A DNA stretch of 64,000 bases from an uncultured Gammaproteobacteria bacterium (GTDB taxonomy: Bacteria > Pseudomonadota > Gammaproteobacteria > Pseudomonadales > Azotimanducaceae): positions 975 through 64,974 of the forward strand of contig CAJWQX010000008.1 in assembly GCA_913045265.1 (NCBI GenBank), written 5' to 3'. The notes beneath the pieces are model-generated. The model was not told the origin of the DNA. It ran no database searches and saw only the letters and a program-made list of their open reading frames with translations. Positions within the stretch are counted from its first letter, which is position 1, and each line of letters starts with the position of its first letter. Both the position numbers and the translations under genes were made by a program. Below are positions 1 through 13,473 of the stretch, piece by piece.

Positions 1-3187
<3,187 letters not shown>

Positions 3188-4263
3188 ATTTTCCCGAATA
3201 CACGACGCGGTAAATAATGCCTTCCTGGTCGTCTGATATGAGGAGGCTTCCGTCTTTGGAAACGAGCACGTCATTGGGACGCCCCGAGGCTTTTTGTCCG
3301 TTGAGCCAGATATCAATAAAAGGCTCGTACACGAGCGTTTGATCGGATGCGATCCGAATAACACTGACGCGGTAGCCGACCTTTTTGGTTCGGTTCCAGG
3401 AACCGTGTTCGGCGATGAAAAGTGCGTTCCGGTAGCTGGGCGGGAAGACTTCCTTGGTGTAGAAATCCATTCCGAGAACCGCGCTGTGCGCCTGTATCCG
3501 AACCTTCGGTGGGGTGAAGACACGGCCCCCAATTTCCTTCCCAAATTTGGGGTCTAGGACGACTCCAGCGTGTACGAATGGATAGCCATAGTGCGCACCC
3601 GGTTTCTCGACCACGTTGATTTCTTCATCAGGGACGTCATCTCCCAGCATGTCGCGGCCGTTGTCAGAAAACCATAACTGATGCGTTTTTGGATGCCAGG
3701 CCATGCCGACACTATTGCGGACGCCGCGGGCATAGAGTTCCGATACACCCGTTATCGGATCGACTCGTAAAATACTTGCGTGTCTTTCATCCTGAGACAG
3801 GCAAATATTGCAAGGTGCGCCAACGGGAACGTACAAGTGGCGGTCCGGGCCTACGCTGAGGTACTTCCAACCGTGATGGCGTTTTTTGGGCAATTGTTCC
3901 GAGATGATCTGGGGTTGAGGTTTCTCACGAAAAGTCGTTTCGATCTTTGGGAAACGTAAGATTCGGTTGAGGGCGCCCACGTAGAGATCGCCGTCAAGAA
4001 GGACGACCCCGCTAGGCATCGTCAGACCGCTTGCAAACGTGACAACTTCTGGATCCGCGTCGACAGTTGTAGGCGGAACGACAGCATAGAGTTTGCCGGC
4101 ACGACGCGTTCCGACAAATAAGAGACCGCTGGTACTCTCAGCCATTTGGCGAGCATTGGGCACGTCGTTTGTTAGGACGGAAACTGTGAAGTCGGTGCTA
4201 TTCGCAACGATTTCTGTCGCGAGCAAGAGCCAGAAAAGGTACAAAACCACTTTCATGTAAGCA

Positions 4264-6345
4264 GTGTACGGCCGCATGTTGGTGCACGCACTAAAAGATG
4301 AGATTCAGGACGCCTATCGATCCTGGCTGGACGCTCGCGGATTCCATCCGCGTCGGGGCCAACGGCAAATGATTGCCGATGTTGCCACAGGAATCACCGA
4401 CGACGGTGGTCGAATTTGCGTGATCGAGGCGGGCACAGGAACGGGTAAAACCGCTGCGTACTGCCTAGCCGTAATCCCGGTGGCGCAAGCGGAAGGTAAG
4501 AAAATTGTTATCTCAACGGCGACCATCGCGTTGCAGGAACAAATACTACTAAAGGATCTACCGGATCTTGCCGCTCACACGACGTTAGATTTCAGTTACG
4601 TCCTCGCTAAGGGGAGAAGTCGATACGTTTGCTTGAAAAGGCTTAACGAAGCGTTGGATACGGATGTGAGTATGGTAATTCCATTGTTCGAGGAACCTCG
4701 ATCGAGTGACGTAAAGATCTATGAGGCAATGGCAACAAAGTTTGAACGGGGAAACTGGGATGGTGAGTTGGAGTCGTGGGTGGGTCCGATTGATCCAGAG
4801 AGTTGGGGCCGTTTAACGACGGATCACCGTGGGTGTGCGAACAATCGTTGCGACTACTTTCAGAGTTGTCCGTTTTTCCGAGCGAGGGGTGAAATTGACG
4901 ACGCGGACATAATCGTGGCCAACCATGATTTGGTGCTGGCCGATTTGAACCTCGGGGGCGGCGTGATTCTTCCGCAGCCGGACGAGACGATCCTGGTGCT
5001 CGACGAAGCACATCATCTCCCGCAAAAAACGCAACAACATTTCACATTGTCGGCCCGGGTGGGCGCAACGGGCCGTTGGCTCGAACAGTTAAATACGACG
5101 CTGGGAACGATGACACAGCATTTCGGTCGACCGCCTGAAATGCTTGCGATTGCCCAAAAACTTGCGGTGGATATGCCAGTGGTAGCGGGCCTGCTGACTG
5201 AATTGGAGCAGTTGATCGCGAGTCTTTCGTTTTCCACACAAAACGATCGGAAGGCACTGTTCCGGTTTCCTCTAGGCCGCATACCCGAATCAATTGTTGA
5301 ATTGAGCGAACCGCTGTCTCGATACTTTCTTGATCTTGGCGATCTACTTGATGCTGGCCATACGCATTTGCAGGAAGTTATGGACGGGAGTCGGAACTGG
5401 AAAAACACAGAGCAAGCAGAGGAATGGCTTCCGATCGTCGGGTTTCATGTCAACCGGGCGTTGCAAACACACAGCCTGTTTTCAGACTACGCTGGAGCTG
5501 AGTTAGGCAATCCGTTGCACGCGCGTTGGGTGTTTCGTCAGGAGACTGATGCAGGGCTAGATTTGGAGTGCTTATCGGCGCCATTGGATCCAGGCGGAAT
5601 ATTAAGAGAGATTCTCTGGCAAAAGTGCCACGCTGCCGTCTTAACTTCGGCGACTTTATGTACGTTGGGTAGCTTCGAGCGTTTTCTTGAGCAAGTTGGT
5701 CTAGGTACCGACGTTCGAAATCGGCGTATCGAAAGCCCGTTCGAATTTGGCCGAATCGCGACGCTTGCGATTCCCCACATGGACTCCGATCCACGCGATG
5801 TCGTGCTTCATACGGAAGAGCTGGGGCAACTGATGCCGCAGTTGCTGGAATCAGAGATCAGCGCCCTCGTCCTGTTTACCTCGTGGCGTCAGATGCAAGC
5901 GGTTATCGATGCGTTGGGGACGTCTGTCCTTAACAATTGTCATATTCAGGGACAAGGATCCAAACAGAAACTCTTGACCGAGCACAAAGAGAAGATCGAT
6001 GAAGGTGGACCCAGTTATCTATTCGGCCTCGCGAGTTTTGCCGAAGGCGTCGATCTTCCCGACGACTATTGTCGGCACGTGATTATTGCAAAGCTTCCCT
6101 TTTCTGTGCCTGACGATCCCATCGACCAGGCGTTTGCCGAATGGCTAGTGTCCGAAGGACGTAACCCCTTTGTTGAAGTGTCTGTGCCCGATGCGACCCT
6201 CAAGTTGATACAGGCCTGTGGCCGGCTCATAAGGCATGAAGAAGACGGTGGGCGGATTACAATATTGGACCGGAGACTCTTAACCCGTGCCTATGGCCGC
6301 TCGATCATTGAGTCCCTGCCTCCCTATCGTCGAGTCGATGCGTAG
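4264..6345 (+). CDS. dinG: ATP-dependent DNA helicase DinG (XPD-like Fe-S helicase)
   Basis: The N-terminus (RGQRQMIADV, EAGTGTGKT, VISTATIALQEQ) is collinear with E. coli DinG. It has the DEAHH box and four Fe-S cysteines (RYVCLKRL; HRGCANNRCDYFQSCPFF). The likely true start is the ATG at 4276. Confidence 0.9.
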   Translation: MYGRMLVHALKDEIQDAYRSWLDARGFHPRRGQRQMIADVATGITDDGGRICVIEAGTGTGKTAAYCLAVIPVAQAEGKKIVISTATIALQEQILLKDLPDLAAHTTLDFSYVLAKGRSRYVCLKRLNEALDTDVSMVIPLFEEPRSSDVKIYEAMATKFERGNWDGELESWVGPIDPESWGRLTTDHRGCANNRCDYFQSCPFFRARGEIDDADIIVANHDLVLADLNLGGGVILPQPDETILVLDEAHHLPQKTQQHFTLSARVGATGRWLEQLNTTLGTMTQHFGRPPEMLAIAQKLAVDMPVVAGLLTELEQLIASLSFSTQNDRKALFRFPLGRIPESIVELSEPLSRYFLDLGDLLDAGHTHLQEVMDGSRNWKNTEQAEEWLPIVGFHVNRALQTHSLFSDYAGAELGNPLHARWVFRQETDAGLDLECLSAPLDPGGILREILWQKCHAAVLTSATLCTLGSFERFLEQVGLGTDVRNRRIESPFEFGRIATLAIPHMDSDPRDVVLHTEELGQLMPQLLESEISALVLFTSWRQMQAVIDALGTSVLNNCHIQGQGSKQKLLTEHKEKIDEGGPSYLFGLASFAEGVDLPDDYCRHVIIAKLPFSVPDDPIDQAFAEWLVSEGRNPFVEVSVPDATLKLIQACGRLIRHEEDGGRITILDRRLLTRAYGRSIIESLPPYRRVDA

Positions 6346-6414
6346 CCTAAAGTCCTCAATGGATAATCGGCATTCAAAGGTTACGGTTGGTTCAGGTGGA
6401 GGGCACATGTCTCA

Positions 6415-7293
6415 TTGCATTTGGGGCGTGGTGCTTTGAACGTGCTGGAAGAAGTTGATGGTTACCAGATCACGCAATGGGGTCTCGACTGTTATCGACA
6501 CTTGGACCCCGGGCCCCCGCGAGACTTTCGTCAACTTGCTGCTTTGTTGGTCGACTATTGGATCGAAAAGGATTTTCGGCGAATTGGAATCGGCGGAGCC
6601 CAGGGCGCGGGCAAGAGCACGCTCGGTCGACTAATCGCGTCCGCGTTCGCGTATGCCGGCGAGAAGGTTGCCATACTGGGTATTGACGACTTTTATTTGC
6701 CGGCTAATGAGCGTGGCCGGTTGGCGAAGGAGGTGCACCCGTTGATGGGTACCCGCGGGCCCCCGGGTACCCACGAGATTGAAGCATTACTCAAGACAAT
6801 AGACGTGCTGACAGATGGCGGTTCGACCGAGGTTCCCGTATTTGATAAGGCTAGGGACGAACGGGTGGGTAGCCGCCGTATCGATGGGCCCGTTAAACGG
6901 GTGGTTGTTGAAGGCTGGTGCGTCGGTGCCAGTCCGATGGTTGGTGCCCCCGAGGACACACCTATCAATGAACTTGAACAAGACCACGATCCCAAAGGTG
7001 ACTGGCGGCGGAGCATCAACGATGGGCTTGAGACAACGTATCGTGATCTCGTGAATCGTTTCGATCAGCTCTTGTACATTAAAGTACCTCATATGGTCGC
7101 CGTTCGAAGGTGGCGATTGGAGCAAGAACAATCGCTGCCAGCTAACATGCGAAAGGGCGTTGCCGAGATCAATCGATTCGTCGCGCACTATGAGCGATTG
7201 ACGTTGTGGATGATGGAAGACCTACCGGCGAGAGCGGACCTCGTCGTGCATCTAGGTGAAAACCATGAAGTCACTTCCGTGGTGTTTTCCTAG
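6415..7293 (+). CDS. P-loop kinase of the D-glycerate 3-kinase (GLYK / Tda10, COG4240) family
   Basis: Walker A GGAQGAGKST is followed by LGIDDFYLP...TRGPPGTHE and VVVEGWCVG, the pattern I recall for plant GLYK and yeast Tda10. The start codon is TTG and is uncertain. Confidence 0.65.
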   Translation: MHLGRGALNVLEEVDGYQITQWGLDCYRHLDPGPPRDFRQLAALLVDYWIEKDFRRIGIGGAQGAGKSTLGRLIASAFAYAGEKVAILGIDDFYLPANERGRLAKEVHPLMGTRGPPGTHEIEALLKTIDVLTDGGSTEVPVFDKARDERVGSRRIDGPVKRVVVEGWCVGASPMVGAPEDTPINELEQDHDPKGDWRRSINDGLETTYRDLVNRFDQLLYIKVPHMVAVRRWRLEQEQSLPANMRKGVAEINRFVAHYERLTLWMMEDLPARADLVVHLGENHEVTSVVFS

Positions 7294-7530
7294 GTTGAGA
7301 ATCTCGCTGCCGAGAGCCGAAGTTGATCGAAAACGACTCGAGTGAAGACCCGAAGCGGTCAAAAGGCGTTTAACAACAATTCGTAAATTGATTCGATTGC
7401 ACCGGTAGTAGATCCGATCAGAAAGTCTCTAGGCCAACATTCTCCAAACGGTCGCCGTAACACGCATTACTCAATATCCAACAGTTTTCGGGATTTCTAT
7501 GATTGCCGTGGACGTCTGACAAACCATACC

Positions 7531-7770
7531 TCACAAAGAGTTATGCGTACCGTCACAAAGTGGCGCGCCCGCGGTTCGTTTGCAGCCACAAAAGTACAGC
7601 GTTCGGTCTTTATCTGCTTCGTATGCGACGGGCGTGAACTCCGTGTCGCTATGGGAGCCGTCGCAGAAAGGTTGATTTTCGCTCTTTCCACACGCGCACC
7701 AAAAGTACTTTTTGCCGGCTGTTACGTCGACAGGGAACGGCGCTTTTTGTGCAATATTCGGTTCGGCCAT
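7531..7770 (-). CDS. CDGSH iron-sulfur domain-containing protein
   Basis: 79 aa with two CDGSH-type motifs: CACGKSENQPFCDGSH and CGCKRTAGAPLCDGTH. Confidence 0.85.
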   Translation of the reverse strand: MAEPNIAQKAPFPVDVTAGKKYFWCACGKSENQPFCDGSHSDTEFTPVAYEADKDRTLYFCGCKRTAGAPLCDGTHNSL

Positions 7771-7838
7771 GGCTTATTCCTAGTCTTGTTGCATAGGTTG
7801 CGCGCCATCGTTTTCTCCAATACGTAGTCGCGCAAGAA

Positions 7839-8834
7839 GTGAGTGTGTTCATGGTGCCTGACTGTCTCGCGTTTTCCAACGCGCCCGACTACCATCGACG
7901 GCTATCGGGGTCTAACGCAACAAGGCTAGAGGTAAGAGTGGCTCGCTGGGATCGGGAAATTACAGAAACAATTCCGCAGTGGTTTTGGGACTCAATTGAC
8001 GTTGAATCACGGCAAGACACGGTGGAAATCGATGATTGCGACGTGTTCTATCAAGAATGGGGAGATAGTTCCAAGCCGGGCGTGTTGCTTATTCACGGGA
8101 TGAATGCGCATTCACGATGGTGGGATTTTATTGCTCCTCTGTTGCTTGAGCGTTTTCACGTTGGAGCGATGGATTTGACCGGAATGGGAGACTCCGATTA
8201 CCGCTACAGTTATGACGCGGAAACATACGCACAAGAAATTGTTGGGGTTTGTGATGCCATCGGTTTTGACTCGGACGTGACTGTAGTTGGCCACAGCTTC
8301 GGAGGTGTCATGGCGACCAAGGCAATGGATCTTTACCAAGATCGATTTGGTGCATTGGTCCTGGTTGATTCGGGAATTCGCCATCCGGACGAACCGATTC
8401 CCGATCGGCCACAGATGGGCGGTGACCGGGCGAAAGCCTATCCCGATAGAGAGACTGCGGAAGCACGTTTTCGTCTTTACCCACCGCAGCCATGCGCGAA
8501 TGAGTTTGTGTTGAAGTACATCGCGAAACAGTCGGTCATGCGAATTGATGGCGGTGGCTGGGCGTGGAAATTTGATGAAGATCTACCCGGCACTTTGAAA
8601 GGTGGAGAGCGATATCCAGAGGAATACGCCGGTTTATCGCTCCCCGTTGGAATCATTTATGGATCTGACAGCGAACTTTTTTCCAAGGAGACACTTGATT
8701 ACATGCTTTCACTCATTCCAGTTGATGTGGAAGTGTGTGCAATCGAAGACGCACAGCACCATGTGTTTTTGGATCAACCGCTAGAGTTCGCCCATGAATT
8801 GGGCGACATGATCATACGACTGCGGGCCCATTGA
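7839..8834 (+). CDS. Alpha/beta-fold hydrolase
   Basis: It has the oxyanion-region LLIHGMNAHSRWW, the nucleophile elbow GHSFGG and a C-terminal DAQHHVFLDQP (catalytic His). Substrate is unknown. The start is GTG 7839 or ATG 7851. Confidence 0.8.
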   Translation: MSVFMVPDCLAFSNAPDYHRRLSGSNATRLEVRVARWDREITETIPQWFWDSIDVESRQDTVEIDDCDVFYQEWGDSSKPGVLLIHGMNAHSRWWDFIAPLLLERFHVGAMDLTGMGDSDYRYSYDAETYAQEIVGVCDAIGFDSDVTVVGHSFGGVMATKAMDLYQDRFGALVLVDSGIRHPDEPIPDRPQMGGDRAKAYPDRETAEARFRLYPPQPCANEFVLKYIAKQSVMRIDGGGWAWKFDEDLPGTLKGGERYPEEYAGLSLPVGIIYGSDSELFSKETLDYMLSLIPVDVEVCAIEDAQHHVFLDQPLEFAHELGDMIIRLRAH

Positions 8835-8883
8835 GCTGGTCGATCTTATGCGTTGAGCTCTTTGTTGATGAGGGTATTTCTCG

Positions 8884-10158
8884 TCAGTCCCATGACAAAG
8901 CCCCTCCAGTCTGATATTCGGTGACTCTCGTTTCAAAAAAGTTTTTTTCCTTTTTCAGGTCCATGATTTCGGACATCCAAGGGAATGGATTTTTCACAGC
9001 CTGAAAGCGTTCGGGCAATCCAATTTGAGCGAGCCGGCGGTTGGCAATGAACTGTAAGTACTCCGCCATCATGTTGCCATTCATCCCGAGAATACCGCGG
9101 GGCATCGTATCGAGAGCGTATTGAGTTTCTAGTTCGGTCCCCTCCAATATCATTTGAGCCGCTAACTCTTGCATTGACGAATCCCACAATTGTGGGTTTT
9201 CAAGTTTGATCTGATTGATCACGTCGATCCCAAAGTTTACGTGCATCGACTCATCACGAAGAATGTACTGAAACTGTTCGGAGGTGCCGGTCATTTTGTT
9301 GCGTCGCCCCATCGAAAGGATCTGTGAGAATCCGCAGTAAAAGAAAATACCTTCGAGGACGCAGTAATAAGCAATGAGGTTTTTTAGCAAGGTTTGATCG
9401 TCTTCTTGCGTGCCGGTGGTGAATTGAGGGTCGGAAAGCTCTTGGGTGTATTTGAGTGCCCAAGACGCTTTGCGTGCGACCGACGGCACCTCGTGGTACA
9501 TGTTGAATATCTCACCTTCATCCATTCCTAACGATTCGATGCAGTACTGGTACGCGTGGGTATGTATTGCCTCTTCGAAGGCCTGTCGAAGCAGATATTG
9601 TCGACACTCCGGGTTGGTGATTAGCCGATAAATGGCAAGTACTAAGTTATTGGCTACCAGCGAATCTGCTGTGGAAAAGAATCCTAGGCTTCTTTTAATG
9701 ACAATTCGTTCGTCTTCACTCAGGCCATCCTCAGATTTCCATAGCGCGACATCCGCCGTCATATTGACTTCTTGGGGCATCCAGTGATTCGCACATCCAT
9801 CGAGATATTTTTGCCATGCCCAGTCATATTTGAACGGTACGAGTTGATTAAGATCGGCCCGGCAGTTGATCATCCGCTTCTGATCGACGGTAACTCGCTC
9901 GGTATTTTCTTGATGAATCGTCGGCGCGATGTCGTCGTTCAATGCGTCAGGACGAGCCAGGACACTTGACCGGGATTCGTTTGGTGCGGGCGTTGTTTTC
10001 GCATCGATGTCGGTGGTGAGTGCCGCGGCAGAATGGCTGGCGTTATGGTCGGGTCGTAATATTTCAGGGTTGTCGAGTTGTTCGACGAGCGGAATAGCCG
10101 ATCGTCCAACATTGTGGTCGGCAACACCTTCGTCGCTATATTCATCCCAACTGAGCAT
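8884..10158 (-). CDS. nrdB: Class Ia ribonucleotide reductase beta subunit, long N-terminus (Pseudomonas type)
   Basis: It carries the ferritin-like di-iron signature ([27 protein letters not shown]). I chose the ATG at 10158 (MLSWDEY) because AGGAGG lies 7 nt upstream and it is 11 nt after the nrdA stop. Confidence 0.95.
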   Translation of the reverse strand: MLSWDEYSDEGVADHNVGRSAIPLVEQLDNPEILRPDHNASHSAAALTTDIDAKTTPAPNESRSSVLARPDALNDDIAPTIHQENTERVTVDQKRMINCRADLNQLVPFKYDWAWQKYLDGCANHWMPQEVNMTADVALWKSEDGLSEDERIVIKRSLGFFSTADSLVANNLVLAIYRLITNPECRQYLLRQAFEEAIHTHAYQYCIESLGMDEGEIFNMYHEVPSVARKASWALKYTQELSDPQFTTGTQEDDQTLLKNLIAYYCVLEGIFFYCGFSQILSMGRRNKMTGTSEQFQYILRDESMHVNFGIDVINQIKLENPQLWDSSMQELAAQMILEGTELETQYALDTMPRGILGMNGNMMAEYLQFIANRRLAQIGLPERFQAVKNPFPWMSEIMDLKKEKNFFETRVTEYQTGGALSWD

Positions 10159-10169
10159 GTAAGGACCTC

Positions 10170-13121
10170 CTATTGGCAGGCTTCGCAATCCGGGTCATCG
10201 ATTGTGCACGCTTGCGGTACTTCGGCAGGTTCGCCCATGGGGTCACCTTGGTTTATTCCGGCAGAAGAAGAGATGTCTGAAGCAACCGCGTTAAGCGCGC
10301 CATCACCGATAACCGTTGATTTCTCAGTACTGGTGGCACTGAGTGCGCGCAAGTAATACGTGGTTTTCAAACCGCGCATCCAAGCCATGCGGTACATGAT
10401 GTCGAGTTTTTTACCTGACGCATTAGCAATGTAAAGATTGAGGGACTGAGCTTGATCAATCCATTTTTGACGTCGGCTCGCGGCATCCACGAGCCATCTT
10501 GGTTCGACTTCAAAAGCCGTTGAGTAAAGTTGCTTAAGATCGGCCGGTATTCGATCAATGGATTGGAGGCTGCCGTCGTAATACTTGAGGTCGTTGACCA
10601 TCACACTATCCCAAAGTCCCTGACGTTTTAGATCGTGAACCATGTGGGGATTAACGACTGTAAACTCACCCGAAAGATTCGATTTAACGAACAGGTTTTG
10701 ATAGGTCGGTTCGATCGATTGAGTGACGCCGGTAATGTTGGCGATGGTTGCCGTGGGTGCAATCGCCATCACATTCGAATTGCGCATTCCGTGGGTCTTG
10801 ACCCTTGTGCGCAAGTCGTCCCAGTCTAATCGCGTGTCTAAATTAACCTCTAGATACTCCTTGCCTCTTTCGTTTTGGAGACGCTCTAACGAGTCTATGG
10901 GCAATATTCCTTGGCTCCACAGAGACCCTTCAAAGCTCGTGTAACTCCCTCGTTCCTCGGCGAGTTCGCTGGATGATTCGATAGCGTAATAAGAAATCGC
11001 TTCCATAGATTCGTCGGCGAATTCAACCGCCGCGTCGGATGCATAACTGATTCGTTTTCGGTACAGCGCGTCTTGAAATCCCATGATTCCCAACCCCACT
11101 GGCCGGTGGCGCATGTTTGAAGTTCGGGCTGCTGGTACCGCGTAGTAGTTTATGTCGATGACGTTATCGAGCATTCGGATGGCTGTACGCACCGTTTTCT
11201 TGAGTTTTTCGGTATCAAAATGGCCCGATTCAGTGACATGTTGCGCGAGATTAATGGAGCCGAGATTACAAACCGCAATTTCGTCCGCTGACGTATTTAA
11301 GGTGATCTCGGTACATAAGTTCGACGAGTGCACAACGCCGATATGCTGTTGAGGGGATCGCATGTTGCAGGAGTCTTTAAAGGTGACCCACGGGTGCCCC
11401 GTCTCGTAAAGCATCGACAGCATCTTTCGCCACAAATCCTGTGCTTTAATTCGCTTGTAGAGTTCTAACTCGCCCGTCCGCGTCAACGCTTCATAGTTAA
11501 GATAACGAGTTTCGAAGGCGCTGCCGTGTAATTCGTGTAAATCGGATACGTTGTTGGGAGAAAACAGGGTCCAATCACCGTCTTCGAATACGCGTTTCAT
11601 GAACAGATCCGGTATCCAATTGGCCGTGTTCATGTCATGCGTTCGACGACGATCATCGCCAGTGTTTTTTCGGAGCTCTAAAAATTCTTCAATGTCCAGG
11701 TGCCAGGTTTCCAGATACGAACACACGGCGCCTTTACGTTTGCCCCCTTGGTTCACTGCGACAGCGGTATCGTTTACAACTTTGAGGAAGGGTACGACTC
11801 CCTGCGATTTACCATTCGTTCCCTTGATGTACGCACCGAGTGCTCGTACCGGCGTCCAGTCATTACCAAGGCCACCCGCCCACTTGGATAACATAGCGTT
11901 GTCACGAATAGCGCTATAGATACCGTCCAAATCGTCGGAGACGGTCGTCAGAAAACAAGACGACAATTGCGACCGTAATGTTCCCGAATTAAACAACGTA
12001 GGTGTTGAACTCATAAAATCGAACGATGAGAGGAGCTCGTAAAATTCAATGGCTCGTTCTTCGGGTTCCTCTTCCTGCATGGCTAAACCCATAGCGACCC
12101 GCATGAAGAAGATCTGCGGCAGCTCGAACCGAACCTCTTTCGAGTGCAAAAAATATCGGTCGTATAAGGTCTGTAAACCGAGATAATTGAATTGAAGGTC
12201 GCGTTCCGGGATTAGCGATGAGCCCAACCGTACGAGATCATACCGTTCGAGCTCGGGTGCGAGTAACTCTAATTCAATGCCCCGATGGATAAATGCCTGA
12301 AACGCTTTGCCATAAGTATCCAGCATCTGCGAGTGTGTGGCTTGATAATCTTGTTGTCCTTGACTGCGTATATCGAGAAATTCGAGTGTCTCGGTACGGA
12401 GTTGATCTAGTAAAAGTCGGGCGGTGACAAATGTGTAGTTGGGCTCCTCCTCGACCAATGTTCGTGCCGTAATTAGCAAAGACGTGGCGACGTCCACTTC
12501 GGATATTCCGTCATACATATTGGATAACGATTCGGTCAGGATGCGATGTGCATCGACGTCTTCGAGTCCTTCGCACGCCTCGGTAACTAGCGTTCGGATC
12601 CGGCCCATATCGAGGGCGACGCGATCGCCGTCCCTTCGCACGATAGTAATCGATATCGGTTTTTCTGTTGTAGGGTTGACGTCTTCGACTTCCCGCGCAC
12701 GAGCCCGTTCTTCACGGTACAGAACGTAAGTTCTCGCAACTTTATGTTCTCCAGAACGCATCAGCGCCAGCTCTACCTGATCCTGCACATCCTCGATGTG
12801 AATCGTTCCACCCGACGGTAATCGGCGTATAAATATCGACGATACCTGCCCAGCTAGACCAGCCACGAGTTCGCGAATACGCGTCGATACCGCCGCGGTA
12901 CCTCCCTCGACCGCTAGGAACGCTTTAGTGATTGCGACCGCGATTTTGTCCTCGGCGTATGGCACAACGGTGCCGTTACGTTTAATGACCCGAATCTGAC
13001 CGGGGGCAGTCGCTGCGATCGAGGGGCTAATTGGACCTGGGGTTGGAGCAGTCACTTTGGCTGGACTGTTTTCGGGCGATTCCTGGATTTGGTCATTTGA
13101 ACTGACCGATTCTGCATGCAT
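10170..13121 (-). CDS. nrdA: Class Ia ribonucleotide reductase alpha subunit with two N-terminal ATP-cone repeats
   Basis: 983 aa. Two ATP-cone-like segments are present ([16 protein letters not shown]... and [16 protein letters not shown]...). It has the catalytic-core motif SNLCTEI and the C-terminal redox pair CEAC. Confidence 0.96.
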   Translation of the reverse strand: MHAESVSSNDQIQESPENSPAKVTAPTPGPISPSIAATAPGQIRVIKRNGTVVPYAEDKIAVAITKAFLAVEGGTAAVSTRIRELVAGLAGQVSSIFIRRLPSGGTIHIEDVQDQVELALMRSGEHKVARTYVLYREERARAREVEDVNPTTEKPISITIVRRDGDRVALDMGRIRTLVTEACEGLEDVDAHRILTESLSNMYDGISEVDVATSLLITARTLVEEEPNYTFVTARLLLDQLRTETLEFLDIRSQGQQDYQATHSQMLDTYGKAFQAFIHRGIELELLAPELERYDLVRLGSSLIPERDLQFNYLGLQTLYDRYFLHSKEVRFELPQIFFMRVAMGLAMQEEEPEERAIEFYELLSSFDFMSSTPTLFNSGTLRSQLSSCFLTTVSDDLDGIYSAIRDNAMLSKWAGGLGNDWTPVRALGAYIKGTNGKSQGVVPFLKVVNDTAVAVNQGGKRKGAVCSYLETWHLDIEEFLELRKNTGDDRRRTHDMNTANWIPDLFMKRVFEDGDWTLFSPNNVSDLHELHGSAFETRYLNYEALTRTGELELYKRIKAQDLWRKMLSMLYETGHPWVTFKDSCNMRSPQQHIGVVHSSNLCTEITLNTSADEIAVCNLGSINLAQHVTESGHFDTEKLKKTVRTAIRMLDNVIDINYYAVPAARTSNMRHRPVGLGIMGFQDALYRKRISYASDAAVEFADESMEAISYYAIESSSELAEERGSYTSFEGSLWSQGILPIDSLERLQNERGKEYLEVNLDTRLDWDDLRTRVKTHGMRNSNVMAIAPTATIANITGVTQSIEPTYQNLFVKSNLSGEFTVVNPHMVHDLKRQGLWDSVMVNDLKYYDGSLQSIDRIPADLKQLYSTAFEVEPRWLVDAASRRQKWIDQAQSLNLYIANASGKKLDIMYRMAWMRGLKTTYYLRALSATSTEKSTVIGDGALNAVASDISSSAGINQGDPMGEPAEVPQACTIDDPDCEACQ

Positions 13122-13200
13122 TAAAGATTGGTCCCCTTTTCGACTTCTCGGCTACGTTTTCGAGCGCCACTAACCAGACAAGATCGGGCTACTTGGACAT

Positions 13201-13216
13201 ATACTACATGTGGTGG
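13201..13216. promoter_or_regulatory. Candidate NrdR box 1 (ATACTACATGTGGTGG)
   Basis: Matches 11 of 16 positions of the remembered NrdR consensus acaCwAtATaTwGtgt. It lies about 80 bp upstream of the nrdA start codon and contains a near-palindrome, ACTACATGTGGT. Confidence 0.45.
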
Positions 13217-13290
13217 TGCCCGTTTTTAGCTTATGTTGCCGACCCGGGGGCTTCAAACGTTGTTTGTTCCAAGACGACAACTTCACAACG

Positions 13291-13306
13291 ACACCATATG
13301 TAGTTT
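13291..13306. promoter_or_regulatory. Candidate NrdR box 2 (ACACCATATGTAGTTT)
   Basis: Matches 13 of 16 positions of the NrdR consensus and is the best of the three sites. It is followed by a T run. Confidence 0.5.
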
Positions 13307-13410
13307 TTTTTTATACGAGCGGCACAACATAAAGGGATAATAACGGGAATGCAAGAAACTCCTTGGGGGGAACCTGTGGATTGCCTGTGAGTTACAAGGC
13401 GAAGCGACTA

Positions 13411-13426
13411 CCACTACATGTAGTAG
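13411..13426. promoter_or_regulatory. Candidate NrdR-like box 3 (CCACTACATGTAGTAG) containing the perfect palindrome ACTACATGTAGT
   Basis: The perfect 12-bp palindrome is at 13413-13424. It overlaps an 11-bp tandem duplication, CATGTAGTAGT x2 (13417-13438). Its centre is about 55 bp upstream of the glpK ATG. Confidence 0.4.
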
Positions 13427-13473
13427 TCATGTAGTAGTCGCGTAACAAAGAATAGAGGAGCGAAAACCTAGAT

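Noticed and set aside
4264-6345. The DinG-family helicase, considered as a possible defence-system component, since DinG-like helicases occur in type IV CRISPR and other defence loci.
   Set aside because: Its N-terminus and Fe-S cysteine pattern are collinear with chromosomal E. coli DinG. Its neighbours are unrelated metabolic genes, and no nuclease, Cas or partner genes are adjacent.
7294-7530. A 237-bp convergent intergenic region between the GLYK-like kinase and the CDGSH gene, inspected for an sRNA, tRNA or small ORF.
   Set aside because: I found no tRNA-like T-arm, stable hairpin, repeat or promoter/terminator pair. It cannot be distinguished from spacer DNA by eye.
6415-8834. The kinase / CDGSH / alpha-beta-hydrolase trio, considered as a small accessory island or novel functional module.
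   Set aside because: The genes have mixed orientation with no shared operon structure. There are no flanking repeats, tRNA, integrase or visible compositional shift. Each gene belongs to a widespread housekeeping-type family.
13304-13313. A T-run after NrdR-like box 2, considered as an intrinsic terminator or attenuator in the nrdA/glpK intergenic region.
   Set aside because: No GC-rich hairpin precedes it on either strand. On the nrdA-sense strand it reads as an A-run upstream of the box.
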